A stretch of DNA of 63,788 nucleotides, the filler included, from Octopus bimaculoides (Eukaryota), in the NCBI RefSeq assembly GCF_001194135.2. It is 8 parts of 8 records of this genome, joined end to end, with 100 filler letters (N's around TTAATTAATTAA, not from the genome) between each part and the next. Parts side by side here need not be neighbours in the genome. Positions count along the whole stretch, not along the records: positions 33,071 to 43,078 come from NC_068985.1; positions 43,179 to 49,562 come from NC_068992.1; 6 more parts are not named here. One strand, written 5' to 3'. The translations under genes and the position numbers were made by a program. The notes under the pieces were generated by a model. That model was not told the DNA's origin and searched no databases. It saw only the letters and a list, made by a program, of their open reading frames with translations. Shown one piece after another: positions 36,621-48,528 of the stretch; positions within the stretch are counted from its first letter, which is position 1, and the number at the start of each line of letters is the position of its first letter.

Positions 36621-39333
36621 ATACATCCTTTAAAAGCGTGGATATTTTTAATAAAACGAGGATTTATGTTGGATGGTATCTAATACAATAGTATTTCTCT
36701 CTGACTCTCTCTCTCTCTCCCCCACCTCTCTCTTGCCACATAAATTCGAATATGCGGATTGCGTGTACGCGTGCATGTTTGTGTTTATGTATGTGTGTGT
36801 GTAGTCATACAGATTCATGTAATAAAGAAAGAAACAAAAAGAAAAAGAAAACAAGCACAAGCTTTTAGATGATTCTGAGTAATTAAGCAGATTTTAATTC
36901 CAGAAGTACAGATGCTGTAAGCAGAATGCTTATGCTAATCAATTAAGCCGTACTAATGAATTAAGAACATTAAAATTTTTTTAAATAAAAACAACAAAAT
37001 AAACTTTATGTAACATGGAAATGTTGTTTCAACTCCTTTCATTGTACTCAATCAATTTGTCAACTGCATTGTTTTTATTTAATCTCTTAAGCTCCCGAAA
37101 TTGCAACTAATTATATTAGACCTTCGCATAAGCTTGTATTATATTTTCACCTATTTCNNNNNNNNNNNNNNNNNNNNNNNNNNNNNNNNNNNNNNNNNNN
37201 NNNNNNNNNNNNNNNNNNNNNNNNNNNNNNNNNNNNNNNNNNNNNNNNNNNNNNNNNNNNNNNNNNNNNNNNNNNNNNNNNNNNNNNNNNNNNNNNNNNN
37301 NNNNNNNNNNNNNNNNNNNNNNNNNNNNNNNNNNNNNNNNNNNNNNNNNNNNNNNNNNNNNNNNNNNNNNNNNNNNNNNNNNNNNNNNNNNNNNNNNNNN
37401 NNNNNNNNNNNNNNNNNNNNNNNNNNNNNNNNNNNNNNNNNNNNNNNNNNNNNNNNNNNNNNNNNNNNNNNNNNNNNNNNNNNNNNNNNNNNNNNNNNNN
37501 NNNNNNNNNNNNNNNNNNNNNNNNNNNNNNNNNNNNNNNNNNNNNNNNNNNNNNNNNNNNNNNNNNNNNNNNNNNNNNNNNNNNNNNNNNNNNNNNNNNN
37601 NNNNNNNNNNNNNNNNNNNNNNNNNNNNNNNNNNNNNNNNNNNNNNNNNNNNNNNNNNNNNNNNNNNNNNNNNNNNNNNNNNNNNNNNNNNNNNNNNNNN
37701 NNNNNNNNNNNNNNNNNNNNNNNNNNNNNNNNNNNNNNNNNNNNNNNNNNNNNNNNNNNNNNNNNNNNNNNNNNNNNNNNNNNNNNNNNNNNNNNNNNNN
37801 NNNNNNNNNNNNNNNNNNNNNNNNNNNNNNNNNNNNNNNNNNNNNNNNNNNNNNNNNNNNNNNNNNNNNNNNNNNNNNNNNNNNNNNNNNNNNNNNNNNN
37901 NNNNNNNNNNNNNNNNNNNNNNNNNNNNNNNNNNNNNNNNNNNNNNNNNNNNNNNNNNNNNNNNNNNNNNNNNNNNNNNNNNNNNNNNNNNNNNNNNNNN
38001 NNNNNNNNNNNNNNNNNNNNNNNNNNNNNNNNNNNNNNNNNNNNNNNNNNNNNNNNNNNNNNNNNNNNNNNNNNNNNNNAAAATAATAAAAGAAAGTGAC
38101 TATTATTGTTTTTAAGTGGTTAAAAATTACTCACCCGCGATGTAATTATTTCAATTTCAACACACAATCTGTTTCAAAATAAGTATACCGAACTCTGAAA
38201 TAATAATTTTTACTTATTTGTTAAGATAACGATGGATTGGTAGATGCGAAAGAATGCTTGATAATTAATGTAAAATTTCATGTTTCATGTATACATTTTT
38301 CCATAAAAATCAAAAGCATGATTAATGGCGGGTATAATATAAAGTATTCATATAATACATTGTATAAAGTTTTAGAGACAATTAATGTCCTTAAAATGAA
38401 ATGCGTCTTATACACATCGCAGCGTATGACATGAACTTTTATGATTGTTCTGTTTAGTTGCACGTCCAGAATCCAAATTCCGTCATTGCTGTCTTTTTCG
38501 CCGCCCATATTTTAAGGCAACGAATTGGCGGAGTCGTTAGAGTGTTGGATAAAATGCCTCCCGCTATTTGTTTCGACACTCAACGTTCAAATTCCGCCAA
38601 GGTCAACTTTACATGTCAACTTTTTTTGGAATCGATAATACAAAAAAAAAAAGTATCAGTCTAGGGCAGTGGATTGACGAAATTGTTAGTTCATCATCGG
38701 ACGGAACATCTTATGGTATCTGCCCCATCACCATGGCACTTCTATCAAGAATTGTGACCAACGGATAGTACCAGCAATTTGAAAAGACCAATGGATATAT
38801 AGTTTCTTTGATTGATCAAAAGATCGAGTGCCACCACCACCACCATTTGTTCTGGCAGCAATGTAACAGTGGTGTATCGGGTTCAATTTGCTAGTATTGT
38901 GTCGATGTGAGGAATCATATATTATGGTAGGATAGTGGCGATTGAAATTGTAGAAGCCTAGACTAAATTCATTACAGTCTTTGGTTTCCTCCTTCTAGCA
39001 TAATTTCAACTATCTTCCCTTTGTATACAAATATCGGTGCTGATTTTAAGGAAAAGGATTTTCAAATTATATTTTTTGGTTTACACGAGCGCAGTAGGAT
39101 AGCTGAAACGATAAAGCACAGAGCAAAATGACGTTCCTCTTGCAAGCTGTTGATAGTGAACAATCATGGCTCTAGACATGATATAAAGCTGTAAGTTGAC
39201 TTGGTTCAACGAGATCAATGCAACGTCAGATTTTTTTCCCACTTTTGTAAGTTCGTTGACTTATCTTATATATAAGAAAGTAAATGCAATATACCATAAT
39301 TGGATTTTTTTAATCAACAGTAAATGTACATAC

Positions 39334-39483
39334 CTATATGCTAAACTTGGAGAAGCCTTCCATGTTTTTACTCTCTGTCTTGCAGAATGAAGTTTCTGAA
39401 GACTTACTAGATGATTATATTTTTTATCTGAACCTTCTCTTTCCATTGACTGTTTAAACACTTTGTAACATAACCGACTGCGC
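39334..39483 (-). CDS. Orphan candidate coding exon (phase 2-2, 150 bp), product unknown
   Basis: tatttatag|G...TATAG|gtatgt; only one frame is open: RRSRLCYKVFKQSMEREGSDKKYNHLVSLQKLHSARQRVKTWKASPSLAYR. I do not recognise the family. Confidence 0.45.
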
Positions 39484-39534
39484 CTATAAATATATGTATG
39501 CGTGCATGCATGTACGTATGAATGCATGTGTGTC

Positions 39535-39567
<33 letters not shown>

Positions 39568-40471
39568 GTATGTACTCTCTATTCTCTATACAGCACGCAC
39601 AGCATGAGAAACTAAAAATTCCATAACTGAAATATATTTATGTTTAAATCATTTATTGTCTTCCTGTGGAACGAATCCCACACATATGCCCATTTTTAGA
39701 ATAAAGTGATATATGTAACAAAAAGCGCGTTTTCAGAATAATTATATCGTGACATCCTCTCTCTTTTACTCTTTTCCTCTTTTACTTGTTTCAGTCATTT
39801 GACTGTGGCCAAGCTGGAGCACCGCCTTTAATCGAGCAAACCGACCGCATGGCTTTTTCTTTGTAATCCTAGTACTTATTCTATCGGTCTCTTTTGCCGA
39901 ACCGCTAAGTTACGGGGACGTAAACACACCAGCATCGGTTGTCAAGCGATGTTGGGGGGACAAACACAGACACACACACACACACACACACANNNNNNNN
40001 NNNNNNNNNNNNNNNNNNNNNNNNNNNNNNNNNNNNNNNNNNNNNNNNNNNNNNNNNNNNNNNNNNNNNNNNNNNNNNNNNNNNNNNNNNNNNNNNNNNN
40101 NNNNNNNNNNNNNNNNNNNNNNNNNNNNNNNNNNNNNNNNNNNNNNNNNNNNNNNNNNNNNNNNNNNNNNNNNNNNNNNNNNNNNNNNNNNNNNNNNNNN
40201 NNNNNNNNNNNNNNNNNNNNNNNNNNNNNNNNNNNNNNNNNNNNNNNNNNNNNNNNNNNNNNNNNNNNNNNNNNNNNNNNNNNNNNNNNNNNNNNNNNNN
40301 NNNNNNNNNNNNNNNNNNNNNNNNNNNNNNNNNNNNNNNNNNNNNNNNNNNNNNNNNNNNNNNNNNNNNNNNNNNNNNNNNNNNNNNNNNNNNNNNNNNN
40401 NNNNNNNNNNNNNNNNNNNNNNNNNNNNNNNNNNNNNNNNNNNNNNNNNNNNNNNNNNNNNNNNNNNNNNN

Positions 40472-40775
40472 GGGAAATTAACGTGCAAGTGGCTGAGCAC
40501 TCCACAGACACGTGTACCCTTAACGTAGTTCTCGGGGATATTCAGCGTGACACAATGTGACAAGGCTGACCCTTTGAATGACAGGCACAACAGAAACTCA
40601 GAGAAAGTTGTGGTGGAAGAGTACAGCAGGGTTCGCCACCATCCCCTGCCGGAGCCTCGTGGAGCTTTAGGTGTTTTCGCTCAATAAACACTCACAACGC
40701 CCGGTCCGGGAATCGAAACCGCGATCCTATGACCGCGAGTCCGCTGCCCTAACCACTGGGCCATTGCGCCTCCAC
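40472..40775 (-). mobile_element. tRNA-derived SINE (head ggaggcgcaatggcccagtggttagggcagcggactcgcgg); second head at about 53890-53973(+)
   Basis: A-box tggcccagtgg and B-box ggtttcgattccc followed by a non-tRNA body. Confidence 0.75.
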
Positions 40776-41597
40776 ACATGCAAGTATGTATGCTAAAATA
40801 ACAAGTAAGCAACAGGCATCATGTACTAGAATAGTACATGGTACTATTATTACTGTTTTAGAGTATATAATAGCATAAAGATAAAATACTATTAAATGCG
40901 TTTGTGATTTATATATATATCATTGAAGATATACATTGAGCGCTGCTCTGTAGAGCAAGCACAAAAGCATATTTGTACTTAGTTAAAGCCATTTCCCAAC
41001 ATTTGCTCCCCTAGTGCCCTCGAGAAAGGCTCAAATATCTCAGCTATCATATGTTTATAAGCTTTTTGTGCTTAGTCATGAAGAGACCACCATTAATCGA
41101 AATTACCGTTTCAATTCATTGGCGGAATGGCTTGAATAGCCATTTAGATTGTTTTTCTTTTACTTTTAGAAATACTTAGAAAACGTAGCTTCCAGACAAA
41201 GGTAGGTTGCGGATCAACACGCAACTTTGTATAGCCTCAGAGGCTTGGCATTCGACAGTGTAAATTCAAATTCGTAGCTGGTCGCTGGAATGTGCCTATG
41301 TTTGCATTGCATTCCAAAGATATATAGGTAAAAAAAAAAATGGAATTCTTTCTCCGACATTTACCCAGACAAATGGTCAATGACGTAAATAGATCATTAG
41401 CAACCTATCATTTCGCATTATTTTCATATATCTCAACGAACATAAAACAGAGACTATCAAGATCTTTGAAGCCTGCTGTGCCGTTTATTTAATAGAAAAT
41501 GTGTGTGTGTGTGTGTGTGTGTNNNNNNNNNNNNNNNNNNNNNNNNNNNNNNNNNNNNNNNNNNNNNNTGAGAGTGTGTGTGTGTGTGTGTGTGTGC

Positions 41598-41649
<52 letters not shown>

Positions 41650-42251
41650 TGTTTGTATGAATATATGTGTGAACTAGTGTGCATTAACTACATAAATATC
41701 AGATTTTTCAACAGCTGCTTAATGCAATCTATATTAAACATATTTTAAGTAATAACGTTGCTTGATGTCAAGATTCTCTACTCTACACTCTCAGATATAT
41801 TTTTATTTTCAAAATTTCAAATTGTGTTTCAACATCCGAATAAGTTCCTTTAGCTCCTTAAAGGTTCTCGTTGAAATATTTTAGTTAATTCAGTTTTCTT
41901 TGCCTCTTGAAACTTTTCTAGATTTCATGAAGAACTGTATATATACTTCAAGGATATAGCTAATAGTGAACTACTTCTATTGTTTGGCACCAGGACTTCC
42001 TTGCGTGAGCCGTCCCGTGATAAAAGGTTTTACAGTAGACAGTTTTTTTTTTCTTTTTCAAGCAGTATATTTGGGACATTATTCATTACATCATTTCCCT
42101 TTTTGAAAATGGTGGAAAATGTTTTAGGGGAGATTTAGACTACTAGTTCCGGTAGGTCGACTAAATCACCGCGCAGAGTCTCCCTTGTTGACTCGTACAT
42201 TGATCAAGACTGACGTTTTCTAAATAATGATAATATATACTTTTACTTAAA

Positions 42252-42645
42252 GCGCCGCAGGCATGGCTGTGTGGTAAAAAGTTCCGGGTTCAGTCCCAAG
42301 GCGTGGCACCTTGAGCAAGTGTCGTCTACACTAGCCTCAAACCAGCCAAAGCTTCGTAAATTCCACAAAGCTTTGGCCGACTTCAGACGGAAACTGAAAG
42401 AAGTCTGTTGTTTATATATATGTGTGTGTTTATGTTTGTTCCCCACCACCACCACCACCACCACCATCACTTGATAGCTGGTGTTGGTTTGTTAACGCCC
42501 CCGTAACTTAGCGGTTTGGAAAAAGATATCGATAGAATAAGTACCAAACTTAAAATAAAAGAATCGGAGTCGATTTGCTCGACTAAATCCTTCGAAGCAG
42601 TGTCCCAGCATGGGCGCAGTCCAATGAAACAAGCAAAAGATATAA
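42252..42645 (+). mobile_element. SINE family B (tRNA-derived head, CORE-like ggcaccttgggcaagtg, internal microsatellite)
   Basis: Near full-length copy. Related copies at about 2866-3075(-), 10180-10298(-), 12400-12600(+), 19760-19896(-), 20960-21260(+), 27250-27460(+), 31248-31390(+), 39770-39992(-), 54420-54650(+). Confidence 0.88.
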
Positions 42646-43033
42646 AAATCGAACCGTCTCGAATCACTTATGGAGTTCCGAATATATTTAAATACATTAT
42701 TTCTCACTTGACAGTGACAAATCGCTACGAGATTCTCTTTAACGACTTGTTAAATAAAATGCAATTTACAGAAAGCTTTTCGGTTGCTAAGCGACACAAC
42801 GTGTGCAGGAAATTTGTTAATACTATTCAAATTTCCGTTCAAGGCCATTGAATGAGAAAACATATAAAACGATGTCTTATACATGCATGTTGACATTTAA
42901 GTGGGTGAATAACCATATATTTGTTTTACGAAAAACAAAACTCGTAAAAGAAACACGTTCACTTAGAGATTTCTCTATGTGATCTTATTTCTAAGTTATT
43001 CTCCAAAACATATAAATTCACTCCTTCACTCAC

Positions 43034-43078
<45 letters not shown>

Positions 43079-43178
43079 NNNNNNNNNNNNNNNNNNNNNN
43101 NNNNNNNNNNNNNNNNNNNNNNTTAATTAATTAANNNNNNNNNNNNNNNNNNNNNNNNNNNNNNNNNNNNNNNNNNNN

Positions 43179-43500
43179 TTTTGAGCGTGGCCGTTGCCAG
43201 TACCGCCTGACTGGCTCCTGTAGGATTTTCGAGCGAGATCGTTGCCAGTGCCCCTGGACTGGCTTGTGCGGGTGGCACATAAAAGACACCATTTCGAGCG
43301 TGGCCGTTTTCGTGCGGGTGACACGTAAAAGCACCCACTACACTCTCTGAGTGGTTGGCGTTAGGAAGGGCATCCAGCTGTAGAAACTCTGCCAAATCAG
43401 ACTGGAGCCTGGTGTTGCCATCCGGTTTCACCAGTCCTCAGTCAAATCGTCCAACCCATGCTAGCATGGAAAGCGGACGTTAAACGATGATGATGATGAT
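43179..43500 (+). mobile_element. Repeat family C, RTE-like 3' tail ending catgctagcatggaaagcggacgttaaac(gat)n, with internal tandem subunits
   Basis: Copies at 21411-21720(-), 23465-23632(-), about 46455-47090, 62020-62190(-), and degraded tails near 26330, 27610, 29400, 30590, 31640, 32560. RTE affinity is inferred from the (GAT)n tail. Confidence 0.75.
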
Positions 43501-43519
43501 TATCATTACTATTATTATC

Positions 43520-44280
43520 ATCATAATTGGTTTGGCTGTCTAGAAGTGAATCTAAAAGTCTTAAATTATGGGAAGAAATTATTTGTAACATATTTTCTGT
43601 ATTAGAAAACCCAAATCTAACCTTGTGTGTGTTGATGATTGGGTAATAGTGAGAACCCCTAGGAAAGTTCCTATTCACTGCGTTGCGGAAGTGCAAAATC
43701 AAATTAAATTTAACTTGTTTCCCAAATGGGACGATGAACCAGATGTTGTCATCAGATCTAGGTGCAGTGTTGGTATTGTTAAATAAATTAAGTTTTTTGT
43801 TTTTATTAAGGTGTTTAGAGCCGGTTAAGCCTCCTCTTTTATGTGAACGATTAAAAGTAATTGCCTCTTTCTCAGTTAAGTAAGAAGAAGGGGAAGAAAT
43901 AGAATTGAGTTTATCCTGCTGCACAAATGATGAAAGATCGCTAAATGAATTGATGTATCTTACCTTGTCTTTGTAACCTGCCTTTCTCCTTCCAATTACA
44001 ATAAATTTTTATTACCATTATTATTAACTTTAAGAATTTTCTGCAGTTCATTATGTCTTTTACTTTAAACTCTTAGTATAGCGTTCATAGCCTCTCTCCC
44101 TAAACAGCTCCCTGTAAACTAGCGTTCTTGTTTCTAACGGTCATTTAACTTAGCTATATAGTGTTATTCCTCCCACGTAACCTTAGCATTCAGCACAAGT
44201 CTTGCATTTGTAATATGGTTCCCCAATGATAAAATTATATGAGTATACTAGCATCTCTTCTTTGGAGTAGAGTGCATATA
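43520..44280 (-). mobile_element. Degraded Penelope-like element fragment (region C-terminal to RT)
   Basis: NIWFIVPFGKQVKFNLILHFRNAVNRNFPRGSHYYPIINTHKVRFGFSNTENMLQIISSHN matches the IIWFNPP...KHFP...IFN...VKVSYS...NM..II..HN motif of PLE ORFs (from memory); boundaries approximate. Confidence 0.6.
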
Positions 44281-44350
44281 ATTTTTGAAACATATGTAGG
44301 AATTAAAGGAACCTATTGATTATATGCGTTTTGCTTCATTTATTATTATT

Positions 44351-44394
<44 letters not shown>

Positions 44395-44610
44395 GTACAT
44401 ATAAAGGTTATGGAGGGTAATGTAGTCAACCACACCCAAATGATACAGGTATTACCGAGTAAGTGCTGTATACCAACTAGTTTTGCCCTAGATGTGGTTG
44501 TAACATGAATGGGGAATATAACATGGGTCGTGTATTAGCCTGTGTACATATAAAAAAAGAACAAGATAAAGAGACCAATGTCATAAATAAATTTATATTT
44601 TATGTAGAAT

Positions 44611-44659
44611 GTCTTACAGCTGTTTCAGGGAAAATTCAATGTATTCCTTCATCGGAGAC
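44611..44659 (-). ncRNA. Minimal type I hammerhead ribozyme motif with U4C core change
   Basis: Minus strand gtct-CCGATGA-agg...cct-GAAA-CAGCTG-TA-agac: stem I gtct/agac, stem II agg/cct, palindromic stem III CAGCTG, GUA triplet. Confidence 0.65.
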
Positions 44660-44819
44660 GGTCATAGTAGAAAATAAGGTTTATTACATCTGTATGAGAA
44701 GATATGCAGTAAGAAATGAGAGTGATGCAGAGAAGAAAAAACAAAGAAGAAAAAGTAATTGGAGTATATTTCCATTCCAAAAGTAAATATCCACGTATAG
44801 AATCCGTGAAATAGAAATA

Positions 44820-46340
44820 GAAACTAATGCTATGGAGAGCATCCAGCAAATAGCTAACTCCATCCACCAGAGTATTAGGGTCACAATAGACTACCCTACT
44901 AAACACCCTGACCATAGACTACCAGTACTAGATACAGAACTCTGGCTGGAAACTGAGAATAATAAAACCTGAATCCTTCATTCACACTATGCCAAATCTA
45001 TGGCCTCCAAATACCTGATCCACTGGAACTCAGCTATCGCGAACAATGCCAAATTCAATATATTGATGGCAGACCTCATCAGAGTAATGCGAAATGTGTC
45101 CTGCATGTGCAACCCTACAGAGACATATACAACATTTCGTTCACAGGTTACAGCCATAAAGAAAGGATCAGAGTATACAAAGGAGCTATGAGGAAATTTA
45201 AAACCATCAAACGTAACGATAGGAATGAGATTTGCCCACTTTATAGGAGCAAATCATGGAACACCATTGAAAGGATTAAGAAGAAAATAGGGAAGGCCAA
45301 CTCATGGTATGATAGCCACAAATACCAGAGTGTCATGTTCATCGACACCAACCCTAGAGGCGAAATGGCGTACCGCTTCAGAAGAGCCCTAGACAAACTT
45401 AAGCTAAGAATTAAGGTTGTTGAAAGGTCAGGCAACCCTATCAAATCCCTTATCGGTAGAACCTACCCTTTTAGGAGAATCCCCTGTACTGATACTAATT
45501 GTACTGTATGCAGATTTAGCCTACAAACAAACTGTAAAGCCAGAAATGTGGTCTATAGTATAAGATGTACAGAGGGACGATGCAGTAACAAGACGACGTA
45601 CGTAGGGGAAACAGCACGGAGCATAGGAGAGCAGGTAAATGAACATTGGAGGGAACTTAAGGAAGAGACGAGCTCATCAGTTCTGTACCAGCACGCTGAG
45701 CAGGAACACGGAGGCTCACTCAACAACATAGAAATTAAAATCTTGTCCACACATAGAACAGATGCAGCACTTAGACAAATTACAGAAGCTACACACATAA
45801 TAAAAGATAAACCTAGCCTGAATAGGAAACTGGAATGGAACACTAGCACACACCCCCAACAAACCACAACATATGACAATACAATCCCCATAAACTGATA
45901 ACAATATAAACAAAATATAATATAATACATAGATAAACAAATGGAATTAACTACTACATACGTTAACAAAATTAAAATAAAATTAAATACAAAAAAGAAA
46001 AAACAAAAAACAAAACAAAAACAAAAAGTAGGTATAAACACATGAACAAATAAATAAATAAAAACAAAATAAACGAACATGTATTAACAGAAGATAGAGA
46101 TAATACAGGCATCCCATACACACACATGCACTTACTAAACATAGACAAATATAGACACACATAGAGGGATACGCATGCGCAAATGAAGACACATGCAATA
46201 GGAATACAAAATACAAAATGGCTGATCGTTAGCAAGGAGGGACACACATATTAGAAAGAAGAAAGCAAAGGACCACTGATGAGGTCACAGAAGTGTGACG
46301 AAAGAACTCTGGCCGAAATATGATTAATGCAATGTAATGT
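44820..46340 (+). mobile_element. Penelope-like element (Neptune-like), 5'-truncated: RT thumb, Cys linker, GIY-YIG endonuclease, 3' UTR with hammerhead motif
   Basis: VTIDYP..RLPVLDTELW, HYAKSMASKYLIHWNSA, CTDTNCTVC...C, VVYSIRC...YVGETARS...EH...HAEQEH...EATHI..KPSLN; stop at 45898. Confidence 0.9.
46270..46314 (+). ncRNA. Minimal type I hammerhead ribozyme motif in the Penelope-like 3' end
   Basis: gg(a)cca-CTGATGA-g-GTCACA gaag TGTGAC-GAAA-gaac-TC-tggcc: intact core, 6-bp stem II, stem I with one bulge, very short stem III. Confidence 0.7.
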
Positions 46341-47885
46341 AATATAAAACTGAAGCAAATTAACACCAAATATACAGTGCGTGTGTTTTTATTGGCTAAA
46401 CTGGCAACATGACCATCCCCAAATACAACAATATATATATATATATATATATATCAGTACCGCCTGACTGGCCTTCGTGAGGGTGACACATANNNNNNNN
46501 NNNNNNNNNNNNNNNNNNNNNNNNNNNNNNNNNNNNNNNNNNNNNNNNNNNNNNNNNNNNNNNNNNNNNNNNNNNNNNNNNNNNNNNNNNNNNNNNNNNN
46601 NNNNNNNNNNNNNNNNNNNNNNNNNNNNNNNNNNNNNNNNNNNNNNNNNNNNNNNNNNNNNNNNNNNNNNNNNNNNNNNNNNNNNNNNNNNNNNNNNNNN
46701 NNNNNNNNNNNNNNNNNNNNNNNNNNNNNNNNNNNNNNNNNNNNNNNNNNNNNNNNNNNNNNNNNNNNNNNNNNNNNNNNNNNNNNNNNNNNNNNNNNNN
46801 NNNNNNNNNNNNNNNNNNNNNNNNNNNNNNNNNNNNNNNNNNNNNNNNNNNNNNNNNNNNNNNNNNNNNNNNNNNNNNNNNNNNNNNNNNNNNNNNNNNN
46901 NNNNNNNNNNNNNNNNNNNNNNNNNNNNNNNNNNNNNNNNNNNNNNNNNNNNNNNNNNNNNNNNNNNNNNNNNNNNNNNNNNNNNNNNNNTGCCACCCAC
47001 ACAAGAACCAGTCCAGGGGCACTGGCAACGATGTCGCTCAAAAATACTTACACATGTCACGGGCACAAGTGCCAGGAAGGCGACACTGGGCTATCCCGAT
47101 TCCGCTATTCGCTTGCCCCAATAAATCTGAGAATTCTCACTATAATTTTCATTTAACTTTTATTACAACGACCACTTAGCTCTGATTCTCTTTTAAAAAT
47201 AGAAACCATTACGAACCACCCCCTTCTTTTCACTATCGTTTCGTTTCTTTTCTTCGCTTTATCTCTACAACTCTTTGAATTACAAATCCCATTTAGAATT
47301 ACGAATTTTCATTTTTCGTTTTCCTACACATCTTTGTTACCTGCTCCCACTCTTTTTCATAAGTACCGCTTCCTCTCTCTCTCTCCCTTTATCTCTTTAC
47401 ACCTACCTGTCTTCCATATCTTACTCTTTTTCTCATCTCCCTCCCTCTTCTTTCCATATCTCACTCCTTTTTCTCATCTCTCTCCTTCGCTTTCATATCT
47501 TCCTCTTTTCTCAGTTCTCTGCCCTTTCCATCGTATCTCACAACACCTTCCTCTCCTTCTGTCACCTCACCCTCTCCCTCATACACTTTTCATTTTCCCC
47601 CTCTTCTCAGTCCGTGTCTCCCTTCCTCTCACATCTTTCATCCTTTCTTGTTTCTTCCTCTTTCCCTCCTCTCCTTCACTCTCTTTCTCTCCCCTTCCTC
47701 TACCTCCCTCTGTCTCTCTAACACCCCACACTCCCTCTCATCACTCTCTCTTTTTCCTTCATATCTCACTCTCTTTCCTTCACATCTCCCTCTCTCTTTC
47801 CCTAATCCCCCCCTTCTTTTGTACCTCCCGCTATCTTTCACTTCCTCTCTATCCTCTACTCCCCTTCTGGGCTTAAAAAACGAAG

Positions 47886-48180
47886 ATGGCACCAAAGTGG
47901 GAAAAGAAAGAGTTAGATCTTCTGTTGCGAGTATGGATGATTGCTAGTGGCGATCCTCCAAACAACATCATCACTGCTGCACTGAAGAATAATGGCTTTC
48001 ACAGAACCACTGATCAGATAGAGCGGAAGAAGAATGAATTCCTCCGCTCGTATGCACTCATCAGACCACACATGGACACCCTAGATGTCATAATCGAAAA
48101 CTATTGTGGAAAGGAGGATAAGGATGGAGAGGAGGAAAAGGAAAAAACACCCGGATGTCTCTCTGACCCAGTGGCTCCTC
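47886..48180 (+). mobile_element. Myb/SANT-like (trihelix) ORF, probable N-terminus of LINE ORF1
   Basis: KWEKKELDLLLRVW...IITAALKNNGFHRTTDQIERKKNEFLRSY fits the W-x3-E-x3-L...W...GF-x-RT-x2-Q-x3-K-x3-L-x2-Y pattern of Myb_DNA-bind_4-type domains (from memory); it runs into an N gap. Confidence 0.55.
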
Positions 48181-48528
48181 NNNNNNNNNNNNNNNNNNNN
48201 NNNNNNNNNNNNNNNNNNNNNNNNNNNNNNNNNNNNNNNNNNNNNNNNNNNNNNNNNNNNNNNNNNNNNNNNNNNNNNNNNNNNNNNNNNNNNNNNNNNN
48301 NNNNNNNNNNNNNNNNNNNNNNNNNNNNNNNNNNNNNNNNNNNNNNNNNNNNNNNNNNNNNNNNNNNNNNNNNNNNNNNNNNNNNNNNNNNNNNNNNNNN
48401 NNNNNNNNNNNNNNNNNNNNNNNNNNNNNNNNNNNNNNNNNNNNNNNNNNNNNNNNNNNNNNNNNNNNNNNNNNNNNNNNNNNNNNNNNNNNNNNNNNNN
48501 NNNNNNNNNNNNNNNNNNNNNNNNNNNN

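Noticed and set aside
40700-40775. tRNA-like sequences here and at 29885, 36360, 42252, 53900
   Set aside because: They are SINE heads that run on into non-tRNA bodies and lack a complete acceptor stem.
43950-44000. gtaaga donor suggesting a minus-strand micro-exon
   Set aside because: The acceptor is weak and the site lies inside the degraded PLE.
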